64,000 nucleotides of DNA from the NCBI GenBank assembly GCA_000998135.1, contig LCCV01000010.1, positions 9,073 to 73,072 of the forward strand, given 5' to 3'. The position numbers were made by a program, and so were the translations under genes. Origin of the DNA: Parcubacteria group bacterium GW2011_GWA2_42_14. Its GTDB lineage: Bacteria > Patescibacteriota > Minisyncoccia > Sungbacterales > GWA2-42-14. The notes under the pieces were generated by a model that was not told the DNA's origin, ran no database searches, and saw nothing but the letters and a program-made list of their open reading frames with translations. Below, one piece after another: positions 18,138 to 28,034 of this stretch (within the stretch, counting starts at the first letter, position 1; each line of letters starts with the position of its first letter).

Positions 18138-18857
18138 ATGAAGAAAAGATTGGGCGATGCTTTAATAGAAAAAGGTTTGGCGCAAGATAAAAATAGCGCC
18201 TTTATTATTGTTACCGAAGGCAGGATTTTGGTAAATGGCCAGAAAGCGGTGTCGCCTTCGCAGTTGGTCGGGGAAGGCGCAAAAATTGAAGTTCGCGAAT
18301 CCCAAAAATATGTCGGCCGGGGCGCTTATAAGTTAGAAGCCGCGCTGAATTATTTTAAAATTGACGTTAAGGATAAAATTTGCTTGGATATTGGTTCGGC
18401 TACCGGAGGATTTGTTGAGGTTTTGTTGAATCATGGAGCAAAAAGGGTTTTTGCCGTTGATACAGCGTATGGCAAGTTGGCTTTAAAATTAAGACAAAAC
18501 TCAAAAGTGGTAGTGATGGAGGAAACGGATATTCGCGATTTGGAAAAGTTGCCTGAAACGGTCTCTCTTGTTACCATTGATGTATCTTTGATTTCGCTTA
18601 AGAATATTCTGCCCCATGTTGGGTGTTTTTTAGAAAGGGGCGGCGAAGTAGTAGCCTTATTTAAACCGCAATATGAAACCCGCGACCCGAAAATTTTAAA
18701 ACACGGCGTGATTAAAGATGATGAAGCAAGAGAAAAATTATTAAGCGATTTCATAAGTTGGGCTGAAGTAAGCAGGTGGAAAATAAAAGGTAAAATTACA
18801 TCTCCAATAAGCGGTTCAAAGGGCAATATAGAGTATTTATTATATATAACATTATGA
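18138..18857 (+). CDS. tlyA: TlyA family rRNA (cytidine-2'-O)-methyltransferase
   Basis: S4-like N-terminus plus FtsJ-like MTase (RGAYKLEAAL, LDIGSATGGF). Confidence 0.88.
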   Translation: MKKRLGDALIEKGLAQDKNSAFIIVTEGRILVNGQKAVSPSQLVGEGAKIEVRESQKYVGRGAYKLEAALNYFKIDVKDKICLDIGSATGGFVEVLLNHGAKRVFAVDTAYGKLALKLRQNSKVVVMEETDIRDLEKLPETVSLVTIDVSLISLKNILPHVGCFLERGGEVVALFKPQYETRDPKILKHGVIKDDEAREKLLSDFISWAEVSRWKIKGKITSPISGSKGNIEYLLYITL

Positions 18858-19969
18858 TTCTTGCCATTATTTCATTCATAATTTTGTTGGCCTTGGTTGT
18901 TTTGGTTCATGAATTCGGGCATTTTTGGGTTGCTCGCCGGTTCAAAATAAAAGTTGAAGAATTCGGTTTTGGTTTTTCCGGGCAGGAATTCGGTTTTCGT
19001 TTTCCGCCTAAACTTTTTAAATTTAAAAAAGGAGATGTGGTGTATTCCATAAATCCGTTACCTTTGGGCGGGTTTGTTAAGATTTTTGGCGAAGGCGGGG
19101 AAGGGGAAGGCAATCCCGAAAGTTTCATATCTCGTCCAATATGGCAGAGATTTTTAATACTTTTCGCGGGGGTTTTTATGAATATAGTTCTGGCATGGGT
19201 GTTATTTACCATTGGCGCCGGCTTTGGGGCGCCCGCGGTAGTGGACGAAACAACCATTGGTTCGGTTAAAGAAATTGGGGTCATGATTACGGCTGTTGCC
19301 GAAAATTCTCCCGCGAAAACAGCTGATATTCGGGTTGGAGATATGGCGGTGAGTTTGAAAAATATTGTTTCCGGTAACGCGTTGGAAATTAAGACCGTTG
19401 AAGAACTTCAGGGTTTTACCAAGGATAATCTTTCTCAAAAAGTTAAAATAACCATAAAAAGAGGAAAAATAATTATGGAAAAAGAATTGGTGCCACGGGC
19501 CAATCCCCCTGAAGGAGAGGGCGCTATGGGTGTGGGCATTGCTCTAGTGGGCATAGTTAAGGCGCCGTGGTATAAAGCTCCGTGGGAAGGTTTAAAAGAT
19601 GTTTTTCGGCTTTTTTATCTTATTGCCAGAGGATTTTATAATTTATTTTTGGATATATTTGTTTCGGGTACTATTCCAACCGATATTGCCGGGCCGGTAG
19701 GCATTGCGGCCTTGTCGGGACAATTTGCTTCTTTGGGCATTCTTTATTTTTTAAACTTTGTCGCTGCTATTTCCGTAAATCTTGCTTTTTTGAATGTTAT
19801 ACCGATTCCTGCGCTGGACGGAGGAAGAATCCTGTTTTTGCTTATTGAAAAAATAAAGGGTTCCAAAGTTGACCAAAAAGTGGAGCACGCGATTCACGGA
19901 GCATTCTTTGTTTTTTTGATGATTTTGGTATTTTTTGTGACTTATCGCGATTTGACAAGATTTTTGTAG
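18854..19969 (+). CDS. rseP: RIP metalloprotease RseP (site-2 protease)
   Basis: HEFGH zinc motif in TM1, PDZ region, C-terminal LDGG motif; 4-bp overlap with tlyA. Confidence 0.85.
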   Translation: MILAIISFIILLALVVLVHEFGHFWVARRFKIKVEEFGFGFSGQEFGFRFPPKLFKFKKGDVVYSINPLPLGGFVKIFGEGGEGEGNPESFISRPIWQRFLILFAGVFMNIVLAWVLFTIGAGFGAPAVVDETTIGSVKEIGVMITAVAENSPAKTADIRVGDMAVSLKNIVSGNALEIKTVEELQGFTKDNLSQKVKITIKRGKIIMEKELVPRANPPEGEGAMGVGIALVGIVKAPWYKAPWEGLKDVFRLFYLIARGFYNLFLDIFVSGTIPTDIAGPVGIAALSGQFASLGILYFLNFVAAISVNLAFLNVIPIPALDGGRILFLLIEKIKGSKVDQKVEHAIHGAFFVFLMILVFFVTYRDLTRFL

Positions 19970-19982
19970 TAGTTATAATGAA

Positions 19983-20291
19983 TTGGTTAGGTCTTTGATA
20001 ATGGAGGGTTGCATGAAACGAAACAAGGAAGTTAATCTTGATGAAGTAAAAACTTTTTATGGCCCGCACCCCGGTTTTGCCGGCGCGGCCATATCCATTC
20101 CGGAAGCGGTAAAAAAAGTTGCCGATGCGCTGAATGGTAAAAAATTATCCGTTCGCAAAGCAATACAAAAGATTCGGAAAGTTACCAATGGCAATCTTCG
20201 GGTTGTTATTATGGATATAAGCTTTATTATGCTTGAGATTAAAACAGAAGATGGGGCTCGTCATGGTTTTCGTGTTATTTGTTTCAAGTAA
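19983..20291 (+). CDS. hypothetical protein (102 aa)
   Basis: ORF followed by a strong terminator. Confidence 0.4.
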   Translation: MVRSLIMEGCMKRNKEVNLDEVKTFYGPHPGFAGAAISIPEAVKKVADALNGKKLSVRKAIQKIRKVTNGNLRVVIMDISFIMLEIKTEDGARHGFRVICFK

Positions 20292-20295
20292 CAGA

Positions 20296-20322
20296 TCCCT
20301 TCAGGGGTCTTTTTTATTGTCC
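20296..20322 (+). terminator. Rho-independent terminator (gatcccttcaggggtc + T6)
   Basis: GC stem plus T-run. Confidence 0.7.
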
Positions 20323-20389
20323 TTGACTTTATTTATGTAAGGAGTATAATGTTAAAATAAGGTCGATTATTAACAAGTTAATATGAGCC

Positions 20390-20566
20390 AGCACGAATAT
20401 AATATTTAATTTAGAGAATAACCGCGAATATTAATTAATTTTGCTAACTTTAACTAATCTGGCCGCAAATTTCACGAATATTTATTCGTGTATATTTGGG
20501 AGCCATTTGTGTAAATTTGCGATTAGAGATATTTAGGTGTATTCAAAAATTAGTAAATATTCGTGG
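20390..20566. promoter_or_regulatory. AT-rich region with five CACGAATAT(T) sites in both orientations
   Basis: Sites at 20392, 20424, 20473, 20482 (reverse) and 20557 (reverse); 20473-20490 is a perfect palindrome CACGAATATTTATTCGTG. Confidence 0.5.
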
Positions 20567-20577
20567 TTATTCTAAAA

Positions 20578-20802
20578 ATGTTTCAAGATGACAACGGAGG
20601 AGGAGGACGCGGAAATTGGCGGGGAGGAGGAGGAAGCGGTGGCGGTGGCCGCGGAAATTGGAATCCGCGCCCTCGCGAAGAGCATCAGGCGGTTTGTTCC
20701 GACTGTGGAAAGGACACAACGGTTCCGTTTCCGCCCACCGAAGGAAGACCGGTTTACTGCAGAGACTGTTATTCAAAAAGGAGAACGAATCGTTATCAGT
20801 AG
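20578..20802 (+). CDS. small Gly/Arg-rich protein with C-terminal CxxC...CxxC zinc ribbon
   Basis: MFQDDNGGGGRGNWRGGGGSGGGGRGNW... then CSDCGKDTTVPFPPTEGRPVYCRDCYSKRR. Confidence 0.55.
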   Translation: MFQDDNGGGGRGNWRGGGGSGGGGRGNWNPRPREEHQAVCSDCGKDTTVPFPPTEGRPVYCRDCYSKRRTNRYQ

Positions 20803-20812
20803 ATTATATTTT

Positions 20813-20838
20813 CAAAAGCCCCGTATTGCGGGGCTTTT
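20813..20838 (+). terminator. Rho-independent terminator (aaagccccgtattgcggggctttt)
   Basis: Perfect stem plus T-run. Confidence 0.7.
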
Positions 20839-20916
20839 GAATTAGGCATTGGGAATAAAAATGCCGCGTGTTACAATGAAATTGTTTGACTGTAAAAATT
20901 TGTAATTCGTAAAGTT

Positions 20917-22170
20917 ATGGAGTATAAATATGTGATAATCGGTGGAGGAATTGCCGGAATAACCGCCGCCGAAACAATCAGGGAGCTTGACTCATCAGGC
21001 ACTATCGCTGTTTTTACGAAAGAAGCGCATTTATTATATTCCCGGGTTCTTCTGCCATCTTTTTTAAAAGGCGTAATCCGTAAAGACCAGCTGTTTTTAA
21101 GAACATTCGGCGATTTTGAAAAATCGCAAATAACCATTTTTCTTAAAAGAAATGTTATTGACATTGATATAAAGCAAAAAAAAATAACATTTCAGGATAA
21201 CGAATCCCTGTTTCATAAAAAAAACACCGTATTTTATGAAAAACTTCTGATTGCTTCGGGCGGAGAAGTTGAGGAGTGGCCGGTTGCAGGAAATGATAAA
21301 AAGGGAATTTTTTGCCTGCAAACCATTGGTGACGCCGAAGCCATTGCCAAATATTTGCCGCAAGCCAAAAAAGCGATTGTGGCCGGCGGTTCTTTTATTG
21401 CCCTTGAATTCCTTGAAATTTTTTCTTTGAGAAGAATTCCGATTTCGCTTATATGCAAAAGCGCGGGATTTTTCAGCAATTCTTTTGACAGTATCGGAGG
21501 AGAAATAATGGATTCCAATTTTAGAAGGCACGGAATAGAACCTCGTTATAAAGAAGAGGTGCGCGAGGTTTTAGGTGGAAATTGGGTTTCGGGGACAAGA
21601 ACCAATAGGCCTGCGGAATATCAGGGGAATATTATCGGCGTGGGCATAGGCCTGAATAAAAATTTGGACTTTTTTAAAGAGCGGGGGTTTTTAACGGGCG
21701 AGGAAGGAATTAGAACAAATGAATATTTAGAAACCGAAAATAAAGGAGTTTTTGCGGCTGGAGATATTGCCGAATTTTATGATGTTATTTTTGAAAAACA
21801 CCGCGCGGTCGGTAATTGGACCAATGCCTTTTTGCAGGGGGAAATAGCCGGTTTTAACATGGCGGGCAGAAAAACGGTTTTTCGCAATGTGCCTTCTTAT
21901 TCTATTACCAACCTCGGTTTTCAAATAACGGCTTTGGGAGAAATCGAAGCGGGAGAGGGTGTGGAAACAATTTCGCGCGCCAACCCGCCGTTTCATAAAT
22001 ACGAGAGGTTTTTTATAAAAGACGGCGTTATGAAGGGGGCTTTTATGATTAATATGTTTTTCGATAAGCCGATAATTTCACGCTGGATTGAGAATAAGGT
22101 CTCGGTTGAAAAAATAAAAGGCAATTTTGCCGATATTTCTTTTAATCTGGCTGAAGTTGTGGTTGAATAA
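20917..22170 (+). CDS. FAD/NAD(P)-dependent pyridine nucleotide-disulfide family oxidoreductase
   Basis: Two Rossmann motifs (VIIGGGIAG; IVAGGSFIALE) and GD motif (VFAAGDIAEF). Confidence 0.8.
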   Translation: MEYKYVIIGGGIAGITAAETIRELDSSGTIAVFTKEAHLLYSRVLLPSFLKGVIRKDQLFLRTFGDFEKSQITIFLKRNVIDIDIKQKKITFQDNESLFHKKNTVFYEKLLIASGGEVEEWPVAGNDKKGIFCLQTIGDAEAIAKYLPQAKKAIVAGGSFIALEFLEIFSLRRIPISLICKSAGFFSNSFDSIGGEIMDSNFRRHGIEPRYKEEVREVLGGNWVSGTRTNRPAEYQGNIIGVGIGLNKNLDFFKERGFLTGEEGIRTNEYLETENKGVFAAGDIAEFYDVIFEKHRAVGNWTNAFLQGEIAGFNMAGRKTVFRNVPSYSITNLGFQITALGEIEAGEGVETISRANPPFHKYERFFIKDGVMKGAFMINMFFDKPIISRWIENKVSVEKIKGNFADISFNLAEVVVE

Positions 22171-22274
22171 CTTTACTTGTTATTTTGTCTTTTATTCTGT
22201 AAAATTTTAATACTATTTTAATTCCATTGACTCGCTGTTCAAAATTGTCAGGAACAATTAGGTAACGCGGGAAA

Positions 22275-23111
22275 ATGTCAATTTTAATGACAAAATTAGA
22301 ACATCATCATGATGACGCGGTTGAGCATGTAGTTGAGGACTTAAAGGCGATAAAGGAACTAAATGAGGTTGCGCCAAGTTCCTTATCGGTCCCGATAGCA
22401 ATTATTGTTGCCGGCATTATTGTTGCTTTGGCGATTATATCTTCCGGGGGCAGGTCCGGAGTTGGCGGCGGTGAAGCTAGTGTTACCGGCGGCATTGTTG
22501 AACAAAAACCAGTAGTAGGGGCCGGAGGAATTCCCGCGGTAGAAGTTAATGCCGAAGATTTATTTACAGATAATGACGCGTTTTTGGGGAATCCCGCCGC
22601 TAAGATTGTTATAGTTGAATTCGGAGATTTTCAATGTCCGTTTTGCGGAAAGTTTTTTAAGGAAACAGAGCCGCAGATTATTGATAAATACGTGAAAACC
22701 GGAAAGGTCAGATTTATTTATAAACAATTTGCTTTTTTAGGGCAGGAATCCAATTGGGCGGCTGAGGCGTCGGAATGCGCCAAGGACCAGGGAAAATTTT
22801 GGCAATATCACGATTATCTTTATAATCATCTTTGGGATAATTATTACGCCAAAAATCAAAACGGTGAGAATGTAGGAGCGTTTAGCAAGGATAATTTAAA
22901 GAAATTTGCCGGAACCCTTGGTTTGAATGCTGGTGAATTTTCGCAGTGCCTTGATTCCGGAAAATATACAAAGAAAGTTCAGGCAGATATTGAGGTTGGA
23001 AGAAAAAATGGAGTTAGCGGGACCCCTACATCGTTTGTTAATGGAAAATTATTGGTTGGAGCCCAGCCATTGGAAGCATTTGACCAAGCAATTGCAGAAG
23101 CCCTAAAATAG
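22275..23111 (+). CDS. membrane-anchored DsbA-family thiol:disulfide oxidoreductase
   Basis: TM helix then thioredoxin fold with CPFC active site. Confidence 0.8.
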   Translation: MSILMTKLEHHHDDAVEHVVEDLKAIKELNEVAPSSLSVPIAIIVAGIIVALAIISSGGRSGVGGGEASVTGGIVEQKPVVGAGGIPAVEVNAEDLFTDNDAFLGNPAAKIVIVEFGDFQCPFCGKFFKETEPQIIDKYVKTGKVRFIYKQFAFLGQESNWAAEASECAKDQGKFWQYHDYLYNHLWDNYYAKNQNGENVGAFSKDNLKKFAGTLGLNAGEFSQCLDSGKYTKKVQADIEVGRKNGVSGTPTSFVNGKLLVGAQPLEAFDQAIAEALK

Positions 23112-23149
23112 AAACCAACAACGCATAGGTTGTCTGAAAATTGTTAGAA

Positions 23150-23395
23150 TTGCATTTTCGTCATTCTGAGTCCTTCGGTCGTCATTCTGACCCTGAGTCA
23201 TGCGAAGGGGAAGAATCTCAGGATAAACCCTGTGGTGAGTTTATCGAATCCATCCGCGAAGAATCTCCGGTAGTGAAAAACAAGAAACTCTTTAGATTTT
23301 TCGGGGTTGCGGAGCAACGGGTTCGGCGGGGCCGAACCCAGGGCTTTTGTGAGAAAACAAAAGGCGCCCTCAGAATGACGAAAGAGGGACATCAT
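23150..23395. repeat. MITE-like element with inverted termini TTCGTCATTCTGAG...CTCAGAATGACGAAA
   Basis: ~240 bp; internal second copy of GTCATTCTGA and GAAGAATCTC; related short copies at 24041-24075, 51823-51865 and 58300-58375. Confidence 0.45.
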
Positions 23396-23470
23396 TCACC
23401 AAACCCATAATAGACTCCAAATGGCGTTTAATATGGCATAATATTTGGCGTCTAACACGGCTTCTAAAAC

Positions 23471-24037
23471 ATGAATATAGGCAAAATAAATAGAGCAAAT
23501 CAAGCCAAAAGAGCGGTAAAAATAAAAACGGCGGTTGTTTTGCTGATTGCCGGAGTTTTGCTTATTGGCGGAACTGTTTGGCTGGTAAAATATGTTGGAA
23601 AACAGGAAGGCGATTTGCCCGGCCAATTGTATCCGGAGATAAGCAAAGAGCATATAGCTATTGGGGCAGAGCACCCTCCATATAATTCTAATCCGCCTAC
23701 TTCGGGGCATCATTACGGTCAGGCGGCCGAATGGGGGGTTTATAAGGAGCAGATGCCGGACGAACAGCTTATTCATAATCTGGAACACGGCGGAGTGTGG
23801 ATTTCCTATAAGCCCGGAATTTCGGATGAAATAGTAAAAAATCTTGAAGGCATGTTTGATAAATACGGCAGGAAAAAAATAATTGTTACCCCGCGCCCAG
23901 AAAACGATACTGATATTGCCCTTGCGGTTTGGACGCGTTTGGAAAAATTCAATGTTTCGGAATATTCTGATGAGCGCGTAGAAAATTTTATTAGAAGATT
24001 AAAGAATAAAACCGGCCCGGAACCGTTCGCGCCGTAA
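23471..24037 (+). CDS. DUF3105 domain membrane-anchored protein
   Basis: N-terminal TM; HPPYNSNPPTSGHHY and HNLEHGGVWISY motifs characteristic of DUF3105. Confidence 0.7.
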   Translation: MNIGKINRANQAKRAVKIKTAVVLLIAGVLLIGGTVWLVKYVGKQEGDLPGQLYPEISKEHIAIGAEHPPYNSNPPTSGHHYGQAAEWGVYKEQMPDEQLIHNLEHGGVWISYKPGISDEIVKNLEGMFDKYGRKKIIVTPRPENDTDIALAVWTRLEKFNVSEYSDERVENFIRRLKNKTGPEPFAP

Positions 24038-24110
24038 ATGTTATTTCGTCATTCTGAGTGATAGCGAAGAATCTTACATTTAAGGCATTTTCTAATAGCA
24101 AAGATTTTTC

Positions 24111-24878
24111 ATGTTGTTTAGAGGATTAAACAGTTTTTGGACGGCCTGGAACTTTATGGAAGGAGTACACTTTAATAAGATTAAAACAGAAGCGAAAAAA
24201 GAACCGGAATATGGTTGGGAAAATCGCGTCTGGAAAACCAGGAATTTTGAAGAGGGGCAATTTAAATATGAAGTTTTTAAGCGGGAAGGATTTGGCGTTG
24301 AAGATATTTTAAAGAAAAAAGGTGTTTCGGTAGAGATAGCCGGCCCGACCAATAATGGTTTTTGGTTTCACGGTTTTTCTGATAAAAGTACGGAAATAAC
24401 TAGTTTTAATCTTGCTGAAGTAAAAAAAATTTTAACTTCAAATCTCTATCCCGGCGCACCCTTATTTAGCGATGAAGGCCTTGTTGGTTATTCTGGAAAG
24501 GCAGATTTTATTGCTGACGCAAGAAAGATGCCGATTAAAAAAGAAGGTGCTGATTTAGTGTATTGTTCGTGTCTTGGGAGTATTGCCGAAAACGGTTTGA
24601 AAAAAATTATTCAAGCAAAGCCGAAAGACATGCCTGCTGTTGAAAAGGAGAGATTGGTTTCAGAATCTTTATCCGGTGAAATTGGTGACAATTACAAATT
24701 GCGCGAGCAAGCCATTGATGAGTCATGGAATATTCTTAAACCGGGAGGAATTCTTGTATGGCAGGGTGGTGTATTTCATGATGTTGATTTTGCGATAAAG
24801 CGCGGCTTTGTTTTATTACAGCGAGAGCAAAAATATATTAAAACACCTGATGGGTCTAATGACGAAGAGCCAACATAG
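24111..24878 (+). CDS. hypothetical protein, weak class I methyltransferase-like motifs
   Basis: VEIAGPTNNGF (motif I-like) and ILKPGGILV; start uncertain (24111 or 24156). Confidence 0.4.
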   Translation: MLFRGLNSFWTAWNFMEGVHFNKIKTEAKKEPEYGWENRVWKTRNFEEGQFKYEVFKREGFGVEDILKKKGVSVEIAGPTNNGFWFHGFSDKSTEITSFNLAEVKKILTSNLYPGAPLFSDEGLVGYSGKADFIADARKMPIKKEGADLVYCSCLGSIAENGLKKIIQAKPKDMPAVEKERLVSESLSGEIGDNYKLREQAIDESWNILKPGGILVWQGGVFHDVDFAIKRGFVLLQREQKYIKTPDGSNDEEPT

Positions 24879-24928
24879 AATGTTATTTTTTTGAAACCGG
24901 AATTAAAATAATTTTTAAAAAAAATTTT

Positions 24929-25981
24929 ATGCTCTACGACATTATTATTATAGGCGGCGGACCCGCAGGCACTGCGGCGGCTGTTTATACCGCCCGTAAA
25001 AAATTAAAAACACTTTTGATTACGGAGTCATTCGGCGGGCAGTCAATGGTTTCCGATGATATCCAAAATTGGATAGGCGAGAAGCACATCGGCGGTTTTG
25101 AGCTGGCTAAAAAATTTGAAGAGCATGTTCGCGCTTTTCCAGATATGGTTGATATTAAAATTCCGGAAAAAGTTACGGCAGTTCGTGAAATTTCTTGTTT
25201 GGAACCGACAATACCTCTTGGGGCGGCTTTGGGCCAGGTAAAAGACCATGAGCGTTATAGAATGTGCGATTTTGAAGTGGAAACGGATAAAGGCAATAAA
25301 TTTACGAGCAAGGCCATAATTTTGGCCGCCGGAGCAAGGCGCAGGAAACTCGGAGTTCCAGGAGAAGAAAAATTTGAAGGTAAGGGGGTTGCTTATTGTT
25401 CAACCTGTGACGCACCGCTTTTTTCCGGAAAAAAAGTTGCGGTAGTCGGCGGAGGAAATGCGGGACTGGAAGCTGTGCAGGACCTTTTTCTATACGCATC
25501 TGAAGTTTATCTTTTGGAATTTGGTGAAGCGGTGAAAGGAGACCCGGTCACTCTTGAGGAAATTAAAAAAAGCCAGAAATTGAAGCAAATAATTTTAAAC
25601 GCTCAAACCGTTGAGGTTTTGGGAGATAAATTTGTAACCGGATTAAAATATAAAGACCGGAAAACCATAGAAGAAAAGACCCTTGAAGTTGGCGGCGTTT
25701 TTGTGGAAATTGGCTCGGTGCCGAATTCAGAAATGGTTAAGGGCTTGGTTGATTTGGATAAATATGGACAGGTAATTATTGATTCCAAGCACGCTTTAAC
25801 ATCAAAACCCGGAATTTTTGCCGCCGGAGACATTACGGATGACCCGTACAAGCAAAATAACATTTCAGCGGGAGACGCGGTAAAAGCGGCATTGAGCGCG
25901 TATGCGTATTTGCTGCAGAGGCAGAAGATGAGTCCTGCTACGGAAGCGGGCCTCACTAATGGGCGGATTGCGGAAAAATAA
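24929..25981 (+). CDS. trxB: thioredoxin-disulfide reductase-like flavoprotein
   Basis: IIIGGGPAGTAAAVY, redox-active CSTC dithiol, second Rossmann VAVVGGGNAGLE, GDITD motif. Confidence 0.8.
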   Translation: MLYDIIIIGGGPAGTAAAVYTARKKLKTLLITESFGGQSMVSDDIQNWIGEKHIGGFELAKKFEEHVRAFPDMVDIKIPEKVTAVREISCLEPTIPLGAALGQVKDHERYRMCDFEVETDKGNKFTSKAIILAAGARRRKLGVPGEEKFEGKGVAYCSTCDAPLFSGKKVAVVGGGNAGLEAVQDLFLYASEVYLLEFGEAVKGDPVTLEEIKKSQKLKQIILNAQTVEVLGDKFVTGLKYKDRKTIEEKTLEVGGVFVEIGSVPNSEMVKGLVDLDKYGQVIIDSKHALTSKPGIFAAGDITDDPYKQNNISAGDAVKAALSAYAYLLQRQKMSPATEAGLTNGRIAEK

Positions 25982-26005
25982 AACCACACAAGTGTGTGGA
26001 TATTG

Positions 26006-26305
26006 TTAGTGTTTTTCGACTCCAAATTTTGAAAAACCGCGCCATGTTAGTGAGAAGCATAATTCGATTATATTCAACCTCATGTTAGTGCACCTTACTG
26101 TTTTTTTGATGTATCCTGCATTTTCTGCGTCTGCGATGCCTTTTAGTATTTCTTCTGTGTCAAAATCCGTAATTCCTTCTTGTTTCAAAATACGCTCGAT
26201 GGCTTGCCATTCGAATCGCGCGTCACAATTATTGTTTTGTCCCATGAGACGAGGTATTTCTTTTGAAAGATCAACTTGAACCATTGGGACGTGCTTCTGA
26301 GCCAT
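26006..26305 (-). CDS. hypothetical protein (99 aa)
   Basis: ORF only. Confidence 0.35.
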   Translation of the reverse strand: MAQKHVPMVQVDLSKEIPRLMGQNNNCDARFEWQAIERILKQEGITDFDTEEILKGIADAENAGYIKKTVRCTNMRLNIIELCFSLTWRGFSKFGVEKH

Positions 26306-26364
26306 TTTTATACCCCCTTGAGAGGTTTTAAGAATATATGTAATAATATTTAATTCTTTTTAAA

Positions 26365-27627
26365 ATGTCAACCTTTTTAGAAAATACTCAAAAATTGATT
26401 GAAGAAGCCGCGGATATCGCCATGATTGACGGCGGTATTTTAACGCGCTTAAAAAAACCCGAACGAATTTTGGAATTTGAAATTACTGCTGGGGGTAATA
26501 AATTTCAAGCGTGGCGAGTTCAGCATTCAAGCGTTTTGGGCCCCTATAAAGGGGGCATCCGTTTTCATCCTGATTCCAATCTTGACGAAGTCCAGGCGCT
26601 TGCGGCTTTGATGACTCTGAAGACATCATTGATGGGAATTCCGTATGGAGGGGGTAAGGGCGCTGTAAAAGTTAACCCAAAAGAATTATCTAAAAAAGAA
26701 CTGGAAGAGTTGAGCCGCGGATACGCAAAAGCGATTTTTGATAAAATCGGCCCGGAAAAAGATATTCCCGCGCCTGATGTGGGAACCGATTCTCAAATTA
26801 TGGCCTGGATGACGGATGAATATTCTAAAATTGCCGGATATAATGTTCCGGGCGTGTTTACCGGAAAACCGATTGAACTCGGCGGTTCCAAGGGGCGCGA
26901 GATTGCGACTTCATTCGGCGGATTTGTGGTTCTTCGCGAATATCTGCGCCAAGCCAAGGACTTGGCTTTGTTAAGCGGAGATTTAACGGTAGTGGTGCAG
27001 GGATTCGGAAATGTAGGCGGACATATCGCAAGAATTTTAAAAGAAGCGGGTTTTAAGATTGTCGGCGTTTCTGATTCCAAAAGCGCGATTTATTGTGATG
27101 AAGGAATTGATGTTCATGAAATTATAAAAATCCAAAAAGAAAAAACAGCCCAGGGCGCGGCAAAAATTTCTTTGGAGGAGGCGGCGTCCGGTAGATACAA
27201 GATAATATCAAATAAGGAATTGCTTGAATCGGATGCGGATATTTTGATTCCTTCGGCGCTGGAAAATCAGATTACTTTGGAAAATGCCAAAGATATTAAA
27301 GCAAAAGTTGTTTTGGAACTTGCTAATGGGCCGATTACCGCGGAAGCCGATAAAATTTTGGAAAAACAGGGAATTCAAATTATTCCCGATATTTTAGCCA
27401 ACGGCGGAGGAGTGGTTGGCTCATATTTTGAATGGGCGCAGAATTTACAGCGTCTTTATTGGGAAGAGGAAGAAGTTTTGGGCCGTCTTGATAAAATTAT
27501 GGCGGATGCGTTTCAGGCCGTAGCAAGAACCAAGAAAGAATACGGAATTACTTGGAGGCAGGCGGCATACGTGCGGGCCATTAAAAGAGTTGTTGACGCA
27601 ATGAAGTTACGCGGCCGCGTTATTTAA
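26365..27627 (+). CDS. gdhA: Glu/Leu/Phe/Val dehydrogenase family (glutamate dehydrogenase)
   Basis: Catalytic lysine region GGGKGAV, dinucleotide fold GFGNVGG. Confidence 0.9.
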   Translation: MSTFLENTQKLIEEAADIAMIDGGILTRLKKPERILEFEITAGGNKFQAWRVQHSSVLGPYKGGIRFHPDSNLDEVQALAALMTLKTSLMGIPYGGGKGAVKVNPKELSKKELEELSRGYAKAIFDKIGPEKDIPAPDVGTDSQIMAWMTDEYSKIAGYNVPGVFTGKPIELGGSKGREIATSFGGFVVLREYLRQAKDLALLSGDLTVVVQGFGNVGGHIARILKEAGFKIVGVSDSKSAIYCDEGIDVHEIIKIQKEKTAQGAAKISLEEAASGRYKIISNKELLESDADILIPSALENQITLENAKDIKAKVVLELANGPITAEADKILEKQGIQIIPDILANGGGVVGSYFEWAQNLQRLYWEEEEVLGRLDKIMADAFQAVARTKKEYGITWRQAAYVRAIKRVVDAMKLRGRVI

Positions 27628-27743
27628 TGGCTCGCTCTGGGTTTTTGAAATCCCTTGCTTTCAGGCGAATGCTTCAGCATAAAAATAGTTATTGCCTGAG
27701 CCGAGTCGAAGGCATACATTCAGAAAAAGCGTTTTTATTGGGA

Positions 27744-28034
27744 TTAATTTCGTGGTCTGTTGAAGAGCCGGAAGAAAAGAGCAACAATTGATGTTACAAC
27801 AAACCCTGTGGCGATATCAATAATAACGATTTGGTATGCAGTAAGAACCCTGGAAGTTTTTTCTAAAAAAATAAGATCTGGGATGATATAGATAACCGAA
27901 ATTATAAGCCACCAAAAAAGGAAGTTCCACAAAGTATTGAAACTGAGCGACACTGGTTTTTTGTTCACAAATTCTTCCTTTTGATAGTATAAAGTGCTAT
28001 AATCAATTATATATGAAACTAGCAAAAATTGCAA
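27744..28034 (-). CDS. small membrane protein, hypothetical (true start probably GTG 27968)
   Basis: Two hydrophobic helices; the ORF-track start would overlap gap. Confidence 0.35.
   Translation of the reverse strand: MQFLLVSYIIDYSTLYYQKEEFVNKKPVSLSFNTLWNFLFWWLIISVIYIIPDLIFLEKTSRVLTAYQIVIIDIATGFVVTSIVALFFRLFNRPRN

Noticed and set aside
23141-23410. 89-aa ORF MLELHFRHSESFGRHSDPE...
   Set aside because: It lies wholly inside an inverted-repeat-bounded repeat element, and its translation is driven by the repeat words.
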